In this document: in pieces, positions 63,275 to 64,000 of the stretch
How positions within the stretch are numbered: position 1 is the first letter of the stretch
Layout: every line of letters begins with the position of its first letter
Source: Antechinus flavipes
Taxonomy: Eukaryota
DNA: 64,000 bases
Direction: 5' to 3'
Assembly: GCF_016432865.1 (NCBI RefSeq)
Contig: NC_067403.1
Coordinates: 256,184,001 to 256,248,000, forward strand
Made by a program: the position numbers and the translations under genes
The notes under the pieces: generated by a model
The model's input: only the letters and a program-made list of their open reading frames with translations
Database searches by the model: none
What the model was told of the DNA's origin: nothing

Positions 63275-64000
63275 ATCTAAGACCTTCTCGGTGCCGTGTG
63301 TGCCTTGCCGCCGCCCCTCCCCACCCCCACTGCCTGATCCCCAGACCGTTGCTAAGCCGTACTGGCATCCCAGAACCAGAACCAGAACCAGGGGGGGCCC
63401 AAGAGTTCCTCCAGCTCCAGCGCCGACTTGTGTCGCTGGGAAAGTTCCGGCTCCAAGAGAGGAAGGGCCTTGACCAGCGTCCCAGAGCCAGAGACCGAGC
63501 TGGGGCCGCCCTGCCCGGTGTGCCCCAGTAGAGCCAGCGCCCGCCAGGACCCCTCTTACACAACGAGCTGTTTGCTGTTGGAACCACAAAAGCGGGGGCA
63601 GCGTCCACGCCGACGGGGTCACGGCACCAGAGGGACAGGGTTCGGGATGACCAGGTCCGGGGGCAGTGACGTGTCATGGTGACGACTAAGGGCTGGGGGG
63701 CTAGGAGGGTGAAGCTGATCCGAGGCACCCCGTCCCTCCCCTGGAAGGCCGCCCCCCAAATCTGTTGTCCCAGGATCAGTCCCAGCTCCCCGTTGGGGAG
63801 GATGGGTGACCAAGGGGCATTCGGACTCCCTGATGAGGCTCCTGCAGGTTGGCAGGGTTCCCTGGGCCAGTCAGAGGTCACCCTCCTCCTCCTCCTCCTC
63901 CTCTTCCTCCTCCTCCTCCCAGCTAGCCCTGACCACACCCTCTGAGGCAGACGCTTATTATCCTCCCATTTTAAGGATTAGGAAACTGAGAAGATGTGAC

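Overview
This is eukaryotic (vertebrate) genomic DNA, not microbial. It holds six intact, GT-AG-spliced genes in the order of the human 11q13.1 block: SIPA1 (+, probably 5'-partial), RELA (-), KAT5/Tip60 (+), RNASEH2C (-), AP5B1 (-) and OVOL1 (+). I traced every exon by hand and each model keeps its reading frame; only two SIPA1 junctions are ambiguous. A WSINE1/MAR1-type SINE and marsupial-type L1 3' ends point to an Australian marsupial, possibly a dasyuromorph (inference). Very GC/CpG-rich gene blocks alternate with two AT-richer repeat islands. The first (about 20.3-27.9 kb) holds L2, L3/CR1, MIR, three solo LTRs and a decayed RPS2 retrocopy; the second (about 44.9-51.5 kb) holds nested L1s and a SINE. 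There are three N gaps. I see no evidence of a new multi-gene system. The best leads are regulatory or lineage-specific: a solo LTR with TATA box and strong splice donor aimed at RELA, a TATA+USF module inside RELA intron 8, loss of several mapped RelA phosphosites, a stop codon blocking the Tip60 intron-1-retained isoform, an orphan CpG island with a perfect kB site, a GRHL/ZEB/OVOL motif cluster at OVOL1, a G-rich minisatellite in RNASEH2C, and AT-to-GC drift in old repeats. All human and consensus comparisons are recalled from memory and need confirming by alignment.
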